From the NCBI GenBank assembly GCA_030145525.1, contig JAQYVL010000120.1:1-46393 (forward strand): DNA of 46,393 nucleotides. Direction: 5' to 3'. Position 1 is the first letter of the stretch. Each line of letters starts with the position of its first letter. The position numbers and the translations under genes are program-made. This DNA comes from Desulfobacterales bacterium. GTDB taxonomy: Bacteria; Desulfobacterota; Desulfobacteria; Desulfobacterales; SURF-7. Below the pieces are notes generated by a model. The model was not told the origin of the DNA and ran no database searches. It was given only the letters and a program-made list of their open reading frames with translations. This document shows positions 37,699 to 46,393 of this stretch, in pieces.

Positions 37699-37893
37699 TC
37701 ACCAGCCTTTTTTAATATGTGCATCCCTTTCTTTTTCCGCTATTTTTTTAATCTTATATGCTGAATCAAGCATGATCCCGTATAGAATTCCGCATCCGAC
37801 ATCTTCCCGCTCCGCATCTCCCCTGCTGGCGAGTTTGATCATAAAGTCTGTAAGTTTCAAGGTTGACTTTATATTTCGATCACAAGGCTTCAT
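37699..37893 (-). CDS. Small hypothetical protein (64 aa) upstream of rbr-dfx
   Basis: ATG is preceded by GGAGGT at 9 nt. Predicted helical; no family recognised. Confidence 0.5.
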   Translation of the reverse strand: MKPCDRNIKSTLKLTDFMIKLASRGDAEREDVGCGILYGIMLDSAYKIKKIAEKERDAHIKKGW

Positions 37894-38746
37894 GATCTAT
37901 CGTACCTCCGGAATTGGTTTTTAGTTGGTGAAGTGAGTTTGATCACGATATTATATGTAATTGGCAGACTACAAAATACATGCCAGCGATTTCAACTGAA
38001 TTCATTATAAAAAATTACCTCATATTATTAATTGGTTATAATGACAAACCTGAACAAGACCGGATTATTTCCCTTTTCTAATATCGATCGTTGCGATACA
38101 CATGATAGAATAGCTGAATGAAAAGAATATACAATAAAACCTCTTACAATCCGAATATACAACATATTATTGCATTCCCTCCCGTCTCAGAACAATTCAT
38201 GATACAAGGTTGTATCACAAAACAAAGACGACGAGAACAGTTGTTACAGATAACACCCTTCCGAAACAAATGCTTATCCGCCCCTGTGAGCGATTTCGAT
38301 TTTCCTTCAATGCAGGGAGTTTTTCAGTCAAACGATAATGATTTTTTTCACTTGTTTATATTGATTGCTTGTGTTAGCAAATCAGATACTTGTTAATAAA
38401 AATATATGCAGTAGACATTTACAGCCAACCCCTGACTACACGTCTTCCAGTACACCCGAGATCCGCCAAATTACCGGTGCACATGCTGCAATTGCTGCCG
38501 GGCGTGAAAGATCACGGTCATAACCACCATATGGATTGCCGTGAGTAAACTGCCACCCGTAAAATCCCGCAAGCAGGATATGAGTGCGATCTGTTTTACA
38601 GGTGAAACCAAAATGAAGTGAGCACGTCAGTGCCATTGTTTAAGTTTTGTTGATCACAGAAGGAAACAAATCAGTTTTTATCTTGATAAACAGCCTCTGT
38701 CAACATTAATACAAATTGCAACCGTTTGTGTTGAAAGGAGAGATCT

Positions 38747-38959
38747 GTGAAGGAGAAAAAAATCACACGTATAGGTGCTGTTGCGGGAATGCTTACATTC
38801 CTGTTCTGTATGGCCGCAGGGGTCTGGATTCTCGTCAACACCCAATTTGATCCCGATGAACCGCTTGCAGTCGGCATCGGCCTGTATTTTATCGGCAAGG
38901 CACTGTTCGCGGGCCCCATGCTGATCATCACATCGATGAGACTGGGCAAAGAGGGATAG
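38747..38959 (+). CDS. Small hypothetical membrane protein (70 aa, 2 TM)
   Basis: GTG start is preceded by AAAGGAG. Two clear hydrophobic helices. Confidence 0.45.
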   Translation: MKEKKITRIGAVAGMLTFLFCMAAGVWILVNTQFDPDEPLAVGIGLYFIGKALFAGPMLIITSMRLGKEG

Positions 38960-39246
38960 CAGAAGAAGCTGTTGATATTTTAACCAACAGGCTTCCGAAA
39001 AATGTAATCACCGGACAAACTGAGAATCGGGGTTGAAAAACTGGAAAACCTTATCCTGTTGACATCCGGGTATAATCTGAAAAAATAAAAAATTTTCCGG
39101 AATTGCCGTGTCTGTTTTCGGCATTGTCGAACTGTGTTTTGTTTTTTCTATAATATCAGCCGGGTAATCGGCACGTTAAACTGTTTCATGTGCTCAGACC
39201 AAATGGCTCACGATCACTTCTGAACTATCTGGCTGAATTATTTGGC

Positions 39247-39275
39247 TTGACAATGGGTTATATTAAAAATATTAT
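39247..39275 (+). promoter_or_regulatory. Candidate sigma70 promoter (TTGACA-17 nt-TATTAT)
   Basis: Hexamers and 17-nt spacer read directly. The -10 element ends 35 nt before the ATG at 39311. Confidence 0.35.
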
Positions 39276-39310
39276 TTTTTCATAATCTTTAACCCTCCTG
39301 AGGAAACAGT

Positions 39311-39790
39311 ATGAACGCCTATAACAAGCAGACATCATTTCCGTATAAAACATCATTTCCGAATAAAAGAGATAATCGCAATCAAAAAGCCAGAACGAAA
39401 AATTCTTCCCCCTCTGTTCCGGAACTGATTCGTAAAATTTCGCCGTCGATTAAAACCTATCTGGAAAAATCTGCAAAAAATCAGGAAATAATCGCCGAAG
39501 CTGAAATGAAATTTGCAGATGCTTTTTGCAACCTGACTGAACATATCATATCGGGAAAACACAATATTAAGTTAAATTTCCATGGTGCCGCCCAAAGAAA
39601 AAAATCCAAAAAATCAAGTGATCCGCTTCACCGGAAAGTGAGGGGCATCATTATTAAAATGCGCGAAAAAAACAAAACCTATGAAGAAATAGCACAATAC
39701 CTGAAGAATGAAAAAATCCCCACCTTTACAAACCGCGGCAAATGGCACGCCCAGACCGTTCATCGATTATTTAAAGATTATTTAGAATAG
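39311..39790 (+). CDS. Hypothetical protein with a C-terminal resolvase/recombinase-like helix-turn-helix
   Basis: The C-terminus KTYEEIAQYLKNEKIPTFTNRGKWHAQTVHRLF resembles the HTH/recombinase-domain signature of serine recombinases, but no catalytic domain is present. The basic low-complexity N-terminus contains the tandem repeat TSFPYK/TSFPNK. Confidence 0.55.
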   Translation: MNAYNKQTSFPYKTSFPNKRDNRNQKARTKNSSPSVPELIRKISPSIKTYLEKSAKNQEIIAEAEMKFADAFCNLTEHIISGKHNIKLNFHGAAQRKKSKKSSDPLHRKVRGIIIKMREKNKTYEEIAQYLKNEKIPTFTNRGKWHAQTVHRLFKDYLE

Positions 39791-40278
39791 AGAATGGACT
39801 TATGGCACAGCCTGAAAACAGTGTGCTAATCAAAACAACGGACCAGATCAATCAAATCCTTGACAAACCTGACCTTCTATAATAACCAAGTCAACCTGAA
39901 CGTTTCGAAAAGGAAAAAAGTCAAATCCATTCGCTTTTTTCGATTTAATGGAAGTACTCTCAAAAGTGAAAACAGGGTTCTAATTCAAGAAAGAGCTGAA
40001 AAGACAAACGAAAAAGCATATCAAAATATTTCAAAAATTGACCTCCCGGCTATGACGCTGAAATTGGATGATACCGCATTTTAAGACAGCTGCTGAACCA
40101 CCCTCTTGAACTTACCTCTTTTTTCGTTAACGTTTTATATATAATTTAGGATGAATCAGGGTGTTTGACTTCAGTAATCCGGTTAATAGAGATTGTTTCC
40201 CCCTGATGAAAGAACGTCTATCAAATATAGAAACATAAGGTTTGAAACGATAATTTTTTTAAAAAAGGAGAACATGTC

Positions 40279-40482
40279 ATGGCTAATGGAATTGTAAAAT
40301 GGTTTAACGACAGTAAAGGGTACGGCTTCATTGAGCAGGAAGGCGAGGGGCCGGATGTATTTGTCCATCATTCATCGATCAACGCTACCGGCTTCAAATC
40401 TCTGAATGAAGGCGATCGGGTCACCTTTGATATCGAAGAAGGACAAAAAGGTCCTGTGGCGGCGAATGTCACAGTTGTGTAA
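40279..40482 (+). CDS. cspA: Cold-shock protein (CspA family)
   Basis: RNP1 KGYGFI and RNP2 VFVHH motifs; 67 aa; strong RBS AAGGAG. Confidence 0.93.
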   Translation: MANGIVKWFNDSKGYGFIEQEGEGPDVFVHHSSINATGFKSLNEGDRVTFDIEEGQKGPVAANVTVV

Positions 40483-40500
40483 TTACCCGCTGAAACTCGA

Positions 40501-40534
40501 AAGGGCACTTCTTCAATCATCATAGAGTGCCCTT
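40501..40534 (+). terminator. Stem-loop after cspA (9-bp stem AAGGGCACT/AGTGCCCTT)
   Basis: Perfect inverted repeat 18 nt after the stop. The following T-tract is weak. Confidence 0.45.
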
Positions 40535-40676
40535 ATTCGCTCCACCCTCAGGCTGTGCAGTAAATTGTAAAACGCATCTGCTGACAGCATCGTCATGAAA
40601 ATAAGTTTTACGAAGTACGCCGCAATCAGCTGTTTAATCGTTATACAAGGTTATTATTCGGTTCAGAGGAGAAAGC

Positions 40677-42272
40677 ATGTCAAGTACAATTGAAAATCTT
40701 CCCATCTTCCAATGCCTAGGTCTGACCGCCCCTGAGCCGGAAAAAGAAGTCCTCACATTTATCAATGACGACGGCAGCGATGAAACCATAACCTATAAAA
40801 CCATCTATGAAAACACGAACCGGGTTTCACATGCTCTTTTAAAGGCCGGCATTGGAAAAGGCGATACATTTGTGATCATGCTGCGAAATCACCCGGAATT
40901 CCTATATGCCATGTTTGCAGCTCTTTCAATCGGGGCGATATCCGTACCGGTTGATCCCAGATCCAAAGGAAGAAAGCTGGCCTTCCAGATTAATAACACC
41001 AAATCAAAAGGGATTATTATCGGTGATGAATTTATCGACAACCTTTCAGAAATAAAAGATGAAATAAAAGATGTTCCGCTTTTAGGGGTCTGCTATAAAC
41101 CGCATCACAACATACCTATCGCCCGGAACTTTCCGGTATTAAATGATATTCTTGAAAGCGGGAATACCGATTTGCCGGACAAAGCGGTTCCCCTTGATTT
41201 CAGTGCACCTGCCCAGATTATTCACACATCCGGCACAACAGGAGATCCGAAGGGCGTTGTGCTGAAGGCGGATCGTTATATGACTTATGGTTTTTTGGCA
41301 GATTTGATCTGGCAGTATCAGCCGGATGAAATTCCGTATACCGGTTTATCCATGACCCACGGAAACGCCCAGTCTGTCACACTATTCCCGGTGCTTGCCA
41401 AAGGGCTGCACGGTGTTATCAGCGAACGTTTCACAAAAAGCAGAATCTGGGATATCTGTAGAGAATACGGCTGCACCACTTATTCGCTGCTGGGGGGAAT
41501 GATGTCCGGAATCTATAATGAACCGGCTTTTGACAATGATAAAGACAATCCGGTGCGGAAGGTAATCAGCGCAGGGACACCTGCCGCTATATGGAAAGCA
41601 TTTGAGACAAGATTTAATGTCAAAATTCATGAATGGTATGCTGCCGTTGAAGGCGGCCTCGCGCATAACCCACCGGGATCAGGCCCTGTAGGCTCCTTTG
41701 GCAAACCGATAGAGAACCTGATGGAAATGAAAAGTGTTGACGAAAATGATAATGAGGTAAAGCCGGGGGAGCGCGGCGAGCTGATAAGCAGGATGAAAAC
41801 AGGAGAAACCGAGGTTGAATACTTTGGCAGGGAAGAGGAATCAAAAAAGAAAACCAGAGGAGGATGGCTGAGGAGCGGAGACATTTGTCACCAGGATAAT
41901 GAAGGATTTTTCTATTTTGATTTCCGAAAAGGAGGAGGCCTCCGCAGACAGGGAGATTTTATCCAGCCGGATCTTGTGGAAAAAATAATTGGCGAAAATC
42001 AAACGGTTTCTGAAGTATGTGTTTACGGCATCAAAGCGGCATCCGGAGCTCCCGGTGAAAGCGATCTTGTGGCTGCAATTGCACCCTTTGAAGGAAAACA
42101 GATCGATGTGGAGGGGATTAAAAAAGCCTGTTATTCTGAACTCGAAAAAAACGCTGTCCCTTCCTATTTTCAAATCGTTGAAAAGCTTCCAAAGACGATC
42201 TCTGAGAAACCGTTGTCACGCGTTCTGCGGGATGATTTTAAGGTTGATGCGGCAAATGTGATTGTCATATAG
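40677..42272 (+). CDS. AMP-dependent acyl-CoA synthetase/ligase (ANL superfamily)
   Basis: AMP-binding motif IIHTSGTTGDPKG, WLRSGD, and C-terminal lysine region ISEKPLSR. Substrate not determinable by eye. Confidence 0.88.
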   Translation: MSSTIENLPIFQCLGLTAPEPEKEVLTFINDDGSDETITYKTIYENTNRVSHALLKAGIGKGDTFVIMLRNHPEFLYAMFAALSIGAISVPVDPRSKGRKLAFQINNTKSKGIIIGDEFIDNLSEIKDEIKDVPLLGVCYKPHHNIPIARNFPVLNDILESGNTDLPDKAVPLDFSAPAQIIHTSGTTGDPKGVVLKADRYMTYGFLADLIWQYQPDEIPYTGLSMTHGNAQSVTLFPVLAKGLHGVISERFTKSRIWDICREYGCTTYSLLGGMMSGIYNEPAFDNDKDNPVRKVISAGTPAAIWKAFETRFNVKIHEWYAAVEGGLAHNPPGSGPVGSFGKPIENLMEMKSVDENDNEVKPGERGELISRMKTGETEVEYFGREEESKKKTRGGWLRSGDICHQDNEGFFYFDFRKGGGLRRQGDFIQPDLVEKIIGENQTVSEVCVYGIKAASGAPGESDLVAAIAPFEGKQIDVEGIKKACYSELEKNAVPSYFQIVEKLPKTISEKPLSRVLRDDFKVDAANVIVI

Positions 42273-42353
42273 GAAAAATGATGGGATAATTTGAACTTCG
42301 CAGGTAACGTTTGTTTTGATTCTGCGTTCTACCCAAAAAAAGAAAGGAAAAAA

Positions 42354-42884
42354 ATGTATCCGGAAGTTACAATTAAAAAAATTCTCTACGCAACAGACCT
42401 TTCTGATTATGCCAGAAAATCTTTTGCTTACGCCGTAAGCCTCGCAAAGCATTATGATGCCAGTATAACAATCGTTCATGCCGTAATTGACAATCCCGAT
42501 GTCTACTCCGGTGTTCTTGGTTATATTGACCATGATAAATGGGAAAAGATCAAAAAAGAGCATTTTGATGAAGCAAGAGAAGCGCTGATAGGCAAAAAGA
42601 GGGGCAATGTGCCGGCTCAACAGGTTCTGGATCATTTTTGTCAGGATGTTAAAGAAAAATTCTGTGATGAGCCCGTTCAAATGGATGAAGTCATTGTGGC
42701 AAGCGGAAACCCGGTTGAAGAGATTCTGCGTTGTGCTGAAAAATGCAACTGCGATATCATTGTAATGGGTTCCAAAGGGCATGGAAGTTTTGTGGATGCC
42801 ATGATTGGGAGCACCTCCCAGAGAGTGCTGCGCCGTTCAAAAATACCGGTCCTTTTGGTTCGCCTTAAAGAGGAGGAGCTTTGA
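42354..42884 (+). CDS. Universal stress protein (UspA family)
   Basis: KKILYATDLS N-terminus and ATP-binding GSKGHGSF...GSTSQRVLR. ATG at 42354 follows AAAGGAAA; the track start at 42291 is a non-ATG codon upstream. Confidence 0.85.
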   Translation: MYPEVTIKKILYATDLSDYARKSFAYAVSLAKHYDASITIVHAVIDNPDVYSGVLGYIDHDKWEKIKKEHFDEAREALIGKKRGNVPAQQVLDHFCQDVKEKFCDEPVQMDEVIVASGNPVEEILRCAEKCNCDIIVMGSKGHGSFVDAMIGSTSQRVLRRSKIPVLLVRLKEEEL

Positions 42885-43246
42885 TTCAGTCCACTCCGGA
42901 TTGACAGAATTTTGCCGATCGCAAACGGTCATTGCAGGTCAGGAGATATAACCTGGCCTGTAATTTTTTCTATCTATTGTCATAAATATATTCCGATTGA
43001 AAATGTGATCAAGCAGCCTCTGAGTGAAGTCTATTGAGGTCATTTGGAAAGGGTTCTTCATGAAGCACAGCGTCAAATTTGAAACTGTCTGAGGGAGCTT
43101 GCGACCGAGTTTTTCAAATTTAGCGGAGCAAATGACAGAACCCTCCAAATGCCGGAATTAACGAACGATGAGGCCGCTTGATCGCTAATATAACGCTTGA
43201 ATCTGAAAATTATTATGACAACGACTATAATGAAAAATATAGCCTC

Positions 43247-44044
43247 CTACTCTTTTTTTAAAAGATCCACTATCCCCTCAAACCACTTCTGTGCCATTTT
43301 TTCAGAACCCATACTGTTCGGATGAGTTCTGTCAAAAGTATCCTCTATCGGATTGAACCCCTTTGTAAAGTCAACGACAATTACTCTGGATGCAGGGATA
43401 CTCATTTTTCCTGCGATTCCATCAATTTCCGCATTCAGAACAGCAAGGCGGCTATTCCATAGCGGTTTCGCCGTAGGAATCACTTTGGCGAGAAGGATCG
43501 AAACATTCGGATTGTCTTTCCGCAGAATCAAAATGACCTGTTCAAGCTCGTTTGCCATTTGCTTCGTGGTTTCTCCCATGCCGGCATCATTATGCCCCAG
43601 GTGCAGAAGTACAATATCCGGAGTATACTCCTTCAGCCAGACTGGCAGATTTCCGCTGCCGCTTCCTTCAGGAAAATCTTTTTGAGTTCCTAATATATGG
43701 TCTGCCTGCCATCCCCAGTGCCCTTCATGATCACGGTCAAATTTTCTTCCCTTGTAATCCGGGCATTGACCGGAAGGATCTTCGAAATAACGTTCCTTCA
43801 TGGATCCTACAAAATCAAATTCAATACCCAGATCCACAAGCTTTTTCCAAAGCGGATAGCGATAACCGCAATACACATCGGCCGATTGCGTAATCGAGTC
43901 GCCAAGGCATAAAATGTTTAAGGGCCGACTGCCTCCCTTCTTCGTTTCAGCACTTGCATTATTTACGTGCAGTGTACTGCTGAAAATTAAAAGAAACGAG
44001 AGGCTCCAGAACAAAATTATTCGTTTTTTGTATAAAAACTTCAA
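43247..44044 (-). CDS. Secreted SGNH/GDSL-family hydrolase
   Basis: Signal peptide, block I LCLGDSITQ, and block V DRTHPN. Confidence 0.8.
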   Translation of the reverse strand: MKFLYKKRIILFWSLSFLLIFSSTLHVNNASAETKKGGSRPLNILCLGDSITQSADVYCGYRYPLWKKLVDLGIEFDFVGSMKERYFEDPSGQCPDYKGRKFDRDHEGHWGWQADHILGTQKDFPEGSGSGNLPVWLKEYTPDIVLLHLGHNDAGMGETTKQMANELEQVILILRKDNPNVSILLAKVIPTAKPLWNSRLAVLNAEIDGIAGKMSIPASRVIVVDFTKGFNPIEDTFDRTHPNSMGSEKMAQKWFEGIVDLLKKE

Positions 44045-45474
44045 AGCGCTTCCAAAAGTCTCTTGTGAATATTGTCAAAACCACCGTTGGACATGATCAG
44101 AACCACATCCCCTTCTGCTGCGGTTTGAACTAAAAATTCAAGCATTGCGTCTGTATCCGGAAAATAATAGGCATCCCTGTTCCTTTTTTTCAAATCCTCA
44201 ACCAGTTTGCCGGATGAGAAACGTTCTCCTTCCGGTATTTTTTCAAGAAGAGGCGGTTTGCGTATACAGATGACATCGGCATGATCAAAGGAGGAAGGAT
44301 AAATATCCTGAAAAACATTGCGCATGCTGGTATTTGTTCTCGGCTCAAACACAGCGATCAGACGTCCCTCAGGGTAGAAGGGCTTTACTGCTTTTATGGT
44401 TTCCCGCACAGCTGTGGGATGATGGGCAAAATCATCCATGACAGTTATTCCGTTTTTGACACCCCGAATTTCCTGGCGTCTTTTGACATTTTTAAAATTT
44501 TCAAAAGCGCGTTGAATAATGCCCCGCTCAATGCCCAGGCTATCGGATGCTGCAATTACGGAAAGTGCGTTCAACAGATTATGCTCTCCCATTAAACCGG
44601 TTCTTAAAGTCCCAAAACTTTTGCCGTTATGCTCCACGTCAAAAATACTCCAGGGCGGATCAACACTAACGTTTCCGAGGCGCCATATAGAGTCCCTGTT
44701 TTTGCCATATGTCAGGATACGGCATCTGCGGTTCTGAATCAGATCCTGAACCGCCCTGTCTCCATCATAGGCAATCAGCGTGCTCCTCTCTGAAATTCCG
44801 GATATGAACTTGTCAAATGCGCTCCGAACATGTTCAAAATCTTTAAAGATGTCGGCATGGTCAAATTCAACACTTGTCAGTATGGCAATATGAGGATCAT
44901 AGTGGAGAAACTTGGGTTCCTTGTCAAAAAAGGCGGTATCATATTCATCCCCTTCGATTGCCATATATGGTCCATTGCCAAGGCGGTAGTTGCTGTTAAA
45001 ATTTTTCAGAATTCCGCCTATCATAAACCCGGGGTCAAGGTCGGCTTCGTAAAGAATCCAGGCCATCATGGAGGAAGTCGTCGTTTTTCCGTGGGTACCG
45101 GTTACAAGGACAGATTTTCTGCCATTTGCAGCAAACCGGTTGACTGCCTGAGGCATGGAGCAAAAAGGCAGCCCCATTTCACGGGTTTTTACAGCTTCCG
45201 GGTTATTCTTTGAAACCGCATTCCCTATGACAACCAGATCAGGACCATATTCAAGGTTATCGCCGTTAAACCCATCAAAAATTTGGATCCCTTTCTCCAT
45301 AAGAAAATCGCTCATGGGCGGATACACTTTATGATCCGATCCGGTTACCTCATATCCCATTTCCTTGAGCATGCATGCAAGCGCCCCCATTGCCGTTCCG
45401 CATACAGCAGTAAGATGAATTTTTTTGACATGATCCGGGATCACATTATGTTTCAAATCCATTACTTTTCCCAT
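44041..45474 (-). CDS. mpl: UDP-N-acetylmuramate:L-alanyl-gamma-D-glutamyl-meso-diaminopimelate ligase (murein peptide ligase)
   Basis: Collinear with E. coli Mpl: CGTAMGALA...EVTGSD, GTHGKTTT, EGDEYDTAFFDK, DDFAHHPTA, MSNGGF. Confidence 0.88.
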   Translation of the reverse strand: MGKVMDLKHNVIPDHVKKIHLTAVCGTAMGALACMLKEMGYEVTGSDHKVYPPMSDFLMEKGIQIFDGFNGDNLEYGPDLVVIGNAVSKNNPEAVKTREMGLPFCSMPQAVNRFAANGRKSVLVTGTHGKTTTSSMMAWILYEADLDPGFMIGGILKNFNSNYRLGNGPYMAIEGDEYDTAFFDKEPKFLHYDPHIAILTSVEFDHADIFKDFEHVRSAFDKFISGISERSTLIAYDGDRAVQDLIQNRRCRILTYGKNRDSIWRLGNVSVDPPWSIFDVEHNGKSFGTLRTGLMGEHNLLNALSVIAASDSLGIERGIIQRAFENFKNVKRRQEIRGVKNGITVMDDFAHHPTAVRETIKAVKPFYPEGRLIAVFEPRTNTSMRNVFQDIYPSSFDHADVICIRKPPLLEKIPEGERFSSGKLVEDLKKRNRDAYYFPDTDAMLEFLVQTAAEGDVVLIMSNGGFDNIHKRLLEAL

Positions 45475-45516
45475 CCCGCCCTTTCAGTTTCAATGAGAGG
45501 CGGATCGCTGCCTTAT

Positions 45517-46392
45517 TCAATTGAGCAATTCGCTGCTTTCGGAACCCATTTCCGGCTTTTTCCTCCCCTGCTCGGAAACACTCCCGCCGCTAGCACGCAC
45601 GGAGTAAAAAACTCTCTGGCCTCTATAAAACTCAATTTCAGGGAGGTCAATATCTTTCACAGAACCGTTTCCTCTTATTTGCACTCTTATCTTATGGGCT
45701 CCGGGCTCAAGAGGCAGCTTTACAAGAGAAAGTTTTGCCGGCAGCGTCTGCCAGCTTCGGGTATCCGGCTCCTCCATGAGCATAAAAGCAAGTCGCAGCA
45801 GTACAGTTACGATATTATCCCGGTCTTTTCCAGCTTCTCTGATGATTACTTCTTTTACAGCTAATCTTGCGGCCTCTTTGAGATAAATCGCCTTTGCCCT
45901 CTCATCAAGAGAGTTCCCGGCAACCCCCACAACATCTGTCTCCACAGAAATCACCTGCTTTCGGCTTTCAAAAACAAACACTTCCGCTCTGCCGACTTTT
46001 TCATCCTGCTTCTTATAACGCGGGAATGAAAACCGGATGCCCGGAGGGAGAACGATATTGCCGGAAATCTTCACCGGTCCTTTGCCCAGACTGACGAACA
46101 ATACCAATTCAGCAGAATCTGCAGCCGTGTAAACGATTTTAGGCGTATCGGAAATTTCATCGTCAAAACCAAGCATTCCGGCAAGCCTGTCAATATCCGG
46201 CCTGACAATGGACGGATTGGTCATACTCTCTGCCAGTTTCTTATAGGCGATATACGCATCGTTATATTCATTCAAATTTTCATAACAGAGAGCTATGAGC
46301 GCCCGTGTAAAATATTCTTCGGACAGGGCTTCCGGGAATTGGTCATATACTTTCTGCGCCTTTTTGGCTTCCACCAGGGCAGATTCATATTC
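45517..46392 (-). CDS. Hypothetical protein (TPR-like helical N-terminal part), 5'-truncated by the window edge
   Basis: The reading frame stays open through the window end (...EYESALVEAKKAQKVY...). The track start at 46374 is an internal GTG. No family recognised. Confidence 0.55.
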   Translation of the reverse strand, partial: EYESALVEAKKAQKVYDQFPEALSEEYFTRALIALCYENLNEYNDAYIAYKKLAESMTNPSIVRPDIDRLAGMLGFDDEISDTPKIVYTAADSAELVLFVSLGKGPVKISGNIVLPPGIRFSFPRYKKQDEKVGRAEVFVFESRKQVISVETDVVGVAGNSLDERAKAIYLKEAARLAVKEVIIREAGKDRDNIVTVLLRLAFMLMEEPDTRSWQTLPAKLSLVKLPLEPGAHKIRVQIRGNGSVKDIDLPEIEFYRGQRVFYSVRASGGSVSEQGRKKPEMGSESSELLN

Positions 46393-46393
46393 G

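Noticed and set aside
37699-37701. A TGA stop on the 64-aa ORF, considered as a third selenocysteine site.
   Set aside because: Read-through adds only two codons (E, K) before another TGA. There is no redox motif or SECIS-like hairpin.
37971-37985. Sigma54-like element on the minus strand (TGGCAT-N5-TTGT) about 80 nt upstream of the 64-aa ORF.
   Set aside because: The -12 GC dinucleotide is replaced by GT. No enhancer-binding protein gene is nearby. The evidence is too weak to call.
38436-38636. A 66-aa minus-strand ORF (…GFYGWQFTHGNPYGGYDRDL…) with locally higher GC content. The neighbouring ORF 38118..38396 was also considered.
   Set aside because: No RBS and no recognisable family, and both sit in a gene-poor region. 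The 66-aa ORF could be a gene fragment or pseudogene, but I cannot support a call from sequence alone.
39860-39883. Perfect TTGACA and TATAAT hexamers at 39860-39883, and likewise at 39059-39076.
   Set aside because: The spacers are only 12 nt and 6 nt, which is incompatible with a functional sigma70 promoter. They are probably chance matches in AT-rich DNA.
39860-40084. A 74-aa Lys-rich ORF with a TTG start between the HTH protein gene and cspA.
   Set aside because: Non-ATG start without an RBS, and low-complexity sequence. It more likely lies within intergenic DNA or the cspA leader.
40598-40615. A 10-nt match (TTTTACGAAG) to the right terminal repeat of the MITE-like element, upstream of the acyl-CoA synthetase gene.
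   Set aside because: The similarity does not extend beyond 10 nt, and there is no partner repeat. It is consistent with chance.
42939-43148. A 69-aa minus-strand ORF in the usp-SGNH hydrolase gap, considered as a transposase or IS remnant.
   Set aside because: TTG start, no RBS, no inverted repeats and no family motif that I can recognise.
1-46393. Search for CRISPR arrays, tRNA/rRNA genes, riboswitches (for example a Moco riboswitch upstream of nap), and toxin-antitoxin or defence modules.
   Set aside because: No regularly spaced repeats, no tRNA-like cloverleaf signatures, no conserved riboswitch cores and no defence-type domains were recognisable by eye. A covariance-model scan (Infernal/Rfam, tRNAscan) would be needed to exclude small RNAs.

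Overview
This 46.4-kb window looks like chromosomal DNA from a strict anaerobe. Its gene content resembles a Desulfobacterales-type sulfate reducer, but that assignment is inference only. Coding density is high. I saw no rRNA, tRNA, CRISPR array, transposase or recognisable phage-defence genes.

Gene order:
- A 5'-truncated CooS (CO dehydrogenase).
- A peroxiredoxin-like gene interrupted by an in-frame UGA, probably selenocysteine (Sec).
- A plus-strand four-gene cluster: a DedA/TVP38 domain fused to a flavoprotein disulfide reductase, DUF547, a BdhA-like SDR, and an ArsS-type radical SAM protein with a likely C-terminal Sec.
- A non-canonical periplasmic nitrate reductase operon on the minus strand: napD, napA, a tandem-NapB-like tetraheme protein, a second tetraheme cytochrome, an NrfC-like FeS protein and an NrfD-like membrane protein. 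A roughly 204-bp MITE-like element with a 9-bp target duplication sits inside it.
- A roughly 22-kb same-strand block (15257-36977): CoA-disulfide reductase with a rhodanese domain, CopA, CopZ, Tpx, two-subunit 2-oxoacid:ferredoxin oxidoreductase, flavodiiron ROO, rubredoxin (missing from the ORF track), nqrFEDCBA, an RND efflux triad and desulfoferrodoxin. Rubrerythrin follows on the same strand at 37007-37582.
- An AT-rich, gene-poor stretch with small orphan ORFs.
- cspA, an acyl-CoA synthetase, a universal stress protein, an SGNH hydrolase, Mpl and a 5'-truncated hypothetical gene.

Most noteworthy findings:
- Two UGA-recoded selenoprotein candidates.
- The ArsS cluster, which lacks arsM and the associated glycosyltransferases.
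- An NqrA that keeps an RnfC-type 2x[4Fe-4S] domain.
- The unusual nap electron-input module.
- The MITE-like insertion.
- A 7-1-7 palindrome upstream of tpx.

All functional calls rest on reading motifs by eye. No database search was run.
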